A stretch of DNA of 59,307 bases from Bryobacterales bacterium (GTDB lineage Bacteria; Acidobacteriota; Terriglobia; Bryobacterales; UBA6623), in assembly GCA_040902925.1 (NCBI GenBank), contig JBBDWJ010000365.1, positions 1 to 59,307 on the forward strand. The letters are read 5' to 3'. The notes beneath the pieces were generated by a model that was not told the DNA's origin, made no database searches, and worked only from the letters and a program-made list of their open reading frames with translations. A program made the position numbers and the translations under genes. This document shows positions 58,072 to 59,307 of this stretch, piece by piece (within the stretch, counting starts at the first letter, position 1; each line of letters begins with the position of its first letter).

Positions 58072-58301
58072 CCAGCCGCTTCCGTGACCGGATAGATCAC
58101 GTCCGACCTCAGAGCCATTGCCGCGAAGGCCAACGCCGCACGGACCCCCGCCTCGGTCAGGCGCGGGTGAGCGGAGATGATCTGGTCGATGCTCTCTCCG
58201 GCGGCAAGTTTCTCTAGAATTAACTCCACCGTGACTCGGGTCCCAGCCACCACAGGCTTACCCATCATGACAGCAGGATTGGACGTGATGATGGAGTTCA
58301 T
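58068..58301 (-). CDS. DUF433 domain protein (antitoxin-like HTH)
   Basis: 77 aa. DUF433-typical NPAVMMGKPVVAGTRVTVELILEKLAAGESIDQIISAHPRLTEAGVRAAL. Confidence 0.85.
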   Translation of the reverse strand: MNSIITSNPAVMMGKPVVAGTRVTVELILEKLAAGESIDQIISAHPRLTEAGVRAALAFAAMALRSDVIYPVTEAAG

Positions 58302-58481
58302 TTCGTCTCCGTGTTATGGATTGTCGACCGGCAGCGGCAACAACCAGCCGGGCTGCTACTGGTGCCTCGTCACGCTACCACGCTTAGTATATTTCAGCGG
58401 CGACTGGGCTTGAACCAATAGGTTTGGAGGCGATATACGGCCAGGTCGTGGAACCGCACGAACCGCGAGACGAATCCGCGG

Positions 58482-58859
58482 CTATCCCTCCAGAATGACT
58501 TGCGCGATGGCGTTTTCGCTGGTGTGCGACAGCGACACGTGCGCGGCGCGGCAACCGAGCCCAGCGGCGATTTCGGCCGCTTTGCCATGTAAACGCAGCG
58601 TTGGCCGGCCACTGTCTTGGCGCACGATTTCGACGTCTACCCAGCGCACTCCGTGATCCCAGCCGGTCCCGAGCGCTTTCATGGCGGCCTCTTTGGCGGC
58701 GAACCGAGCCGCGTAGCTCTCCGCGCGGCGCATGCGTCCTTCGACGTAGGCGATTTCGCCAACGGTAAAAATGCGCTCCAGGAAGCGCTTTCCGTGGCGT
58801 TCAATGGCGGCGCGGATGCGGTCCACGCGTTCGAGGTCCACACCCGTTCCTACGATCAT
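58482..58859 (-). CDS. acpS: Holo-[acyl-carrier-protein] synthase AcpS
   Basis: 125 aa. MIVGTGVDLERVDRI.., FAAKEAAMKALG, HVSLSHT. Confidence 0.93.
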   Translation of the reverse strand: MIVGTGVDLERVDRIRAAIERHGKRFLERIFTVGEIAYVEGRMRRAESYAARFAAKEAAMKALGTGWDHGVRWVDVEIVRQDSGRPTLRLHGKAAEIAAGLGCRAAHVSLSHTSENAIAQVILEG

Positions 58860-59275
58860 CAGAGGTCTTTGCCCGCGGAGGAGATGGTCAGCCGGCCGTG
58901 TTTGACGCCCTTGGTACTGATCAACGTGTTGGCGATCTGGTGGACGCGCTGCGCCTGTCCCTTGACGATCAGGACCTCCAGGCAGTTGTCGTGGTCCAGA
59001 TGCACGTGGAGAGTTGAGACGATCGATTCGTGGTGGTCATGCTGCAGGTCCATCAGCTTATCGGCGAGCATGCGGACGTGATGGTCGTATACCAAGGTCA
59101 CCGAGCCGATGACTTCGTGCTCGGGCGATTTCCAGGATTCTTCGACTAACTCGTTGCGAATCATGTCGCGAAAGGCTTCGGAGCGGTTCTCATAGCCGCG
59201 GCGGGCGATCAGGGCGTCGAATTTCTCGAGTAGGTCTTCGTCAATTGCCACCCCGATACGGGCAAGGGTACTCAT
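58859..59275 (-). CDS. nikR: Nickel-responsive regulator NikR (ribbon-helix-helix + ACT-like metal-binding domain)
   Basis: 138 aa. RHH N-terminus RIGVAIDEDLLEKFDALIARRGYENRSEAFRDMIR. C-terminal VTLVYDHH..LQHDHHESIVSTLHVHLDHDNCLEVLIVKG carries the His/Cys nickel ligand pattern. Its stop overlaps the acpS start by 1 nt (TGATG). Confidence 0.9.
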   Translation of the reverse strand: MSTLARIGVAIDEDLLEKFDALIARRGYENRSEAFRDMIRNELVEESWKSPEHEVIGSVTLVYDHHVRMLADKLMDLQHDHHESIVSTLHVHLDHDNCLEVLIVKGQAQRVHQIANTLISTKGVKHGRLTISSAGKDL

Positions 59276-59307
59276 GACATGAAGAGTAGCCGAGCCAGGG
59301 GATGGCC

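Overview
High-GC bacterial chromosomal window with about 50 genes, densely coding on both strands. Many long antisense ORFs in the track are GC artefacts. Gene content suggests Acidobacteriota of the Solibacter/Bryobacter type. This is an inference from a TIGR03437-like 'Solibacter C-terminal domain' secreted protein, a PEP-CTERM protein, a DUF1549/DUF1553 + DUF1501 pair and a Ser/Thr-kinase/PD40 fusion. Most genes are core functions: uvrC, an lplT-plsC-aas triple fusion, a sigma-54 activator, NAD-isocitrate dehydrogenase, amt, tspO, tRNA-Val(CAC), ftsH, tilS, fabV, alpha-glucan phosphorylase, mnmA plus cysteine desulfurase, greA, acpS and nikR. I see no CRISPR array, rRNA, transposase, integrase or prophage. 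The best candidate for an uncharacterised system is a single 1301-aa gene (2485-6390). It combines a caspase-like CHAT domain, an NB-ARC/STAND P-loop NTPase and C-terminal TPRs, which is an Avs-like effector-switch-sensor layout. Other points worth a second look: (1) two unrelated-sequence but same-architecture palindromes built from 7-nt tandem units with ~95-nt spacers, each just 3' of a gene; (2) a membrane kinase with two complete Hanks kinase domains in tandem plus a PD40 propeller; (3) an orphan Memo-family protein with a PqqD/RRE-like N-terminal extension next to a ~930-bp non-coding gap; (4) a DUF433 antitoxin-like gene coupled to a decayed DUF5615-like mini-ORF; (5) two gene remnants (SpoIIE/PP2C tail, deleted HAD hydrolase); (6) a dispersed GACAGGCA..TGCCTGTC hairpin family. 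All homology calls come from motif recognition by eye and no searches were run.
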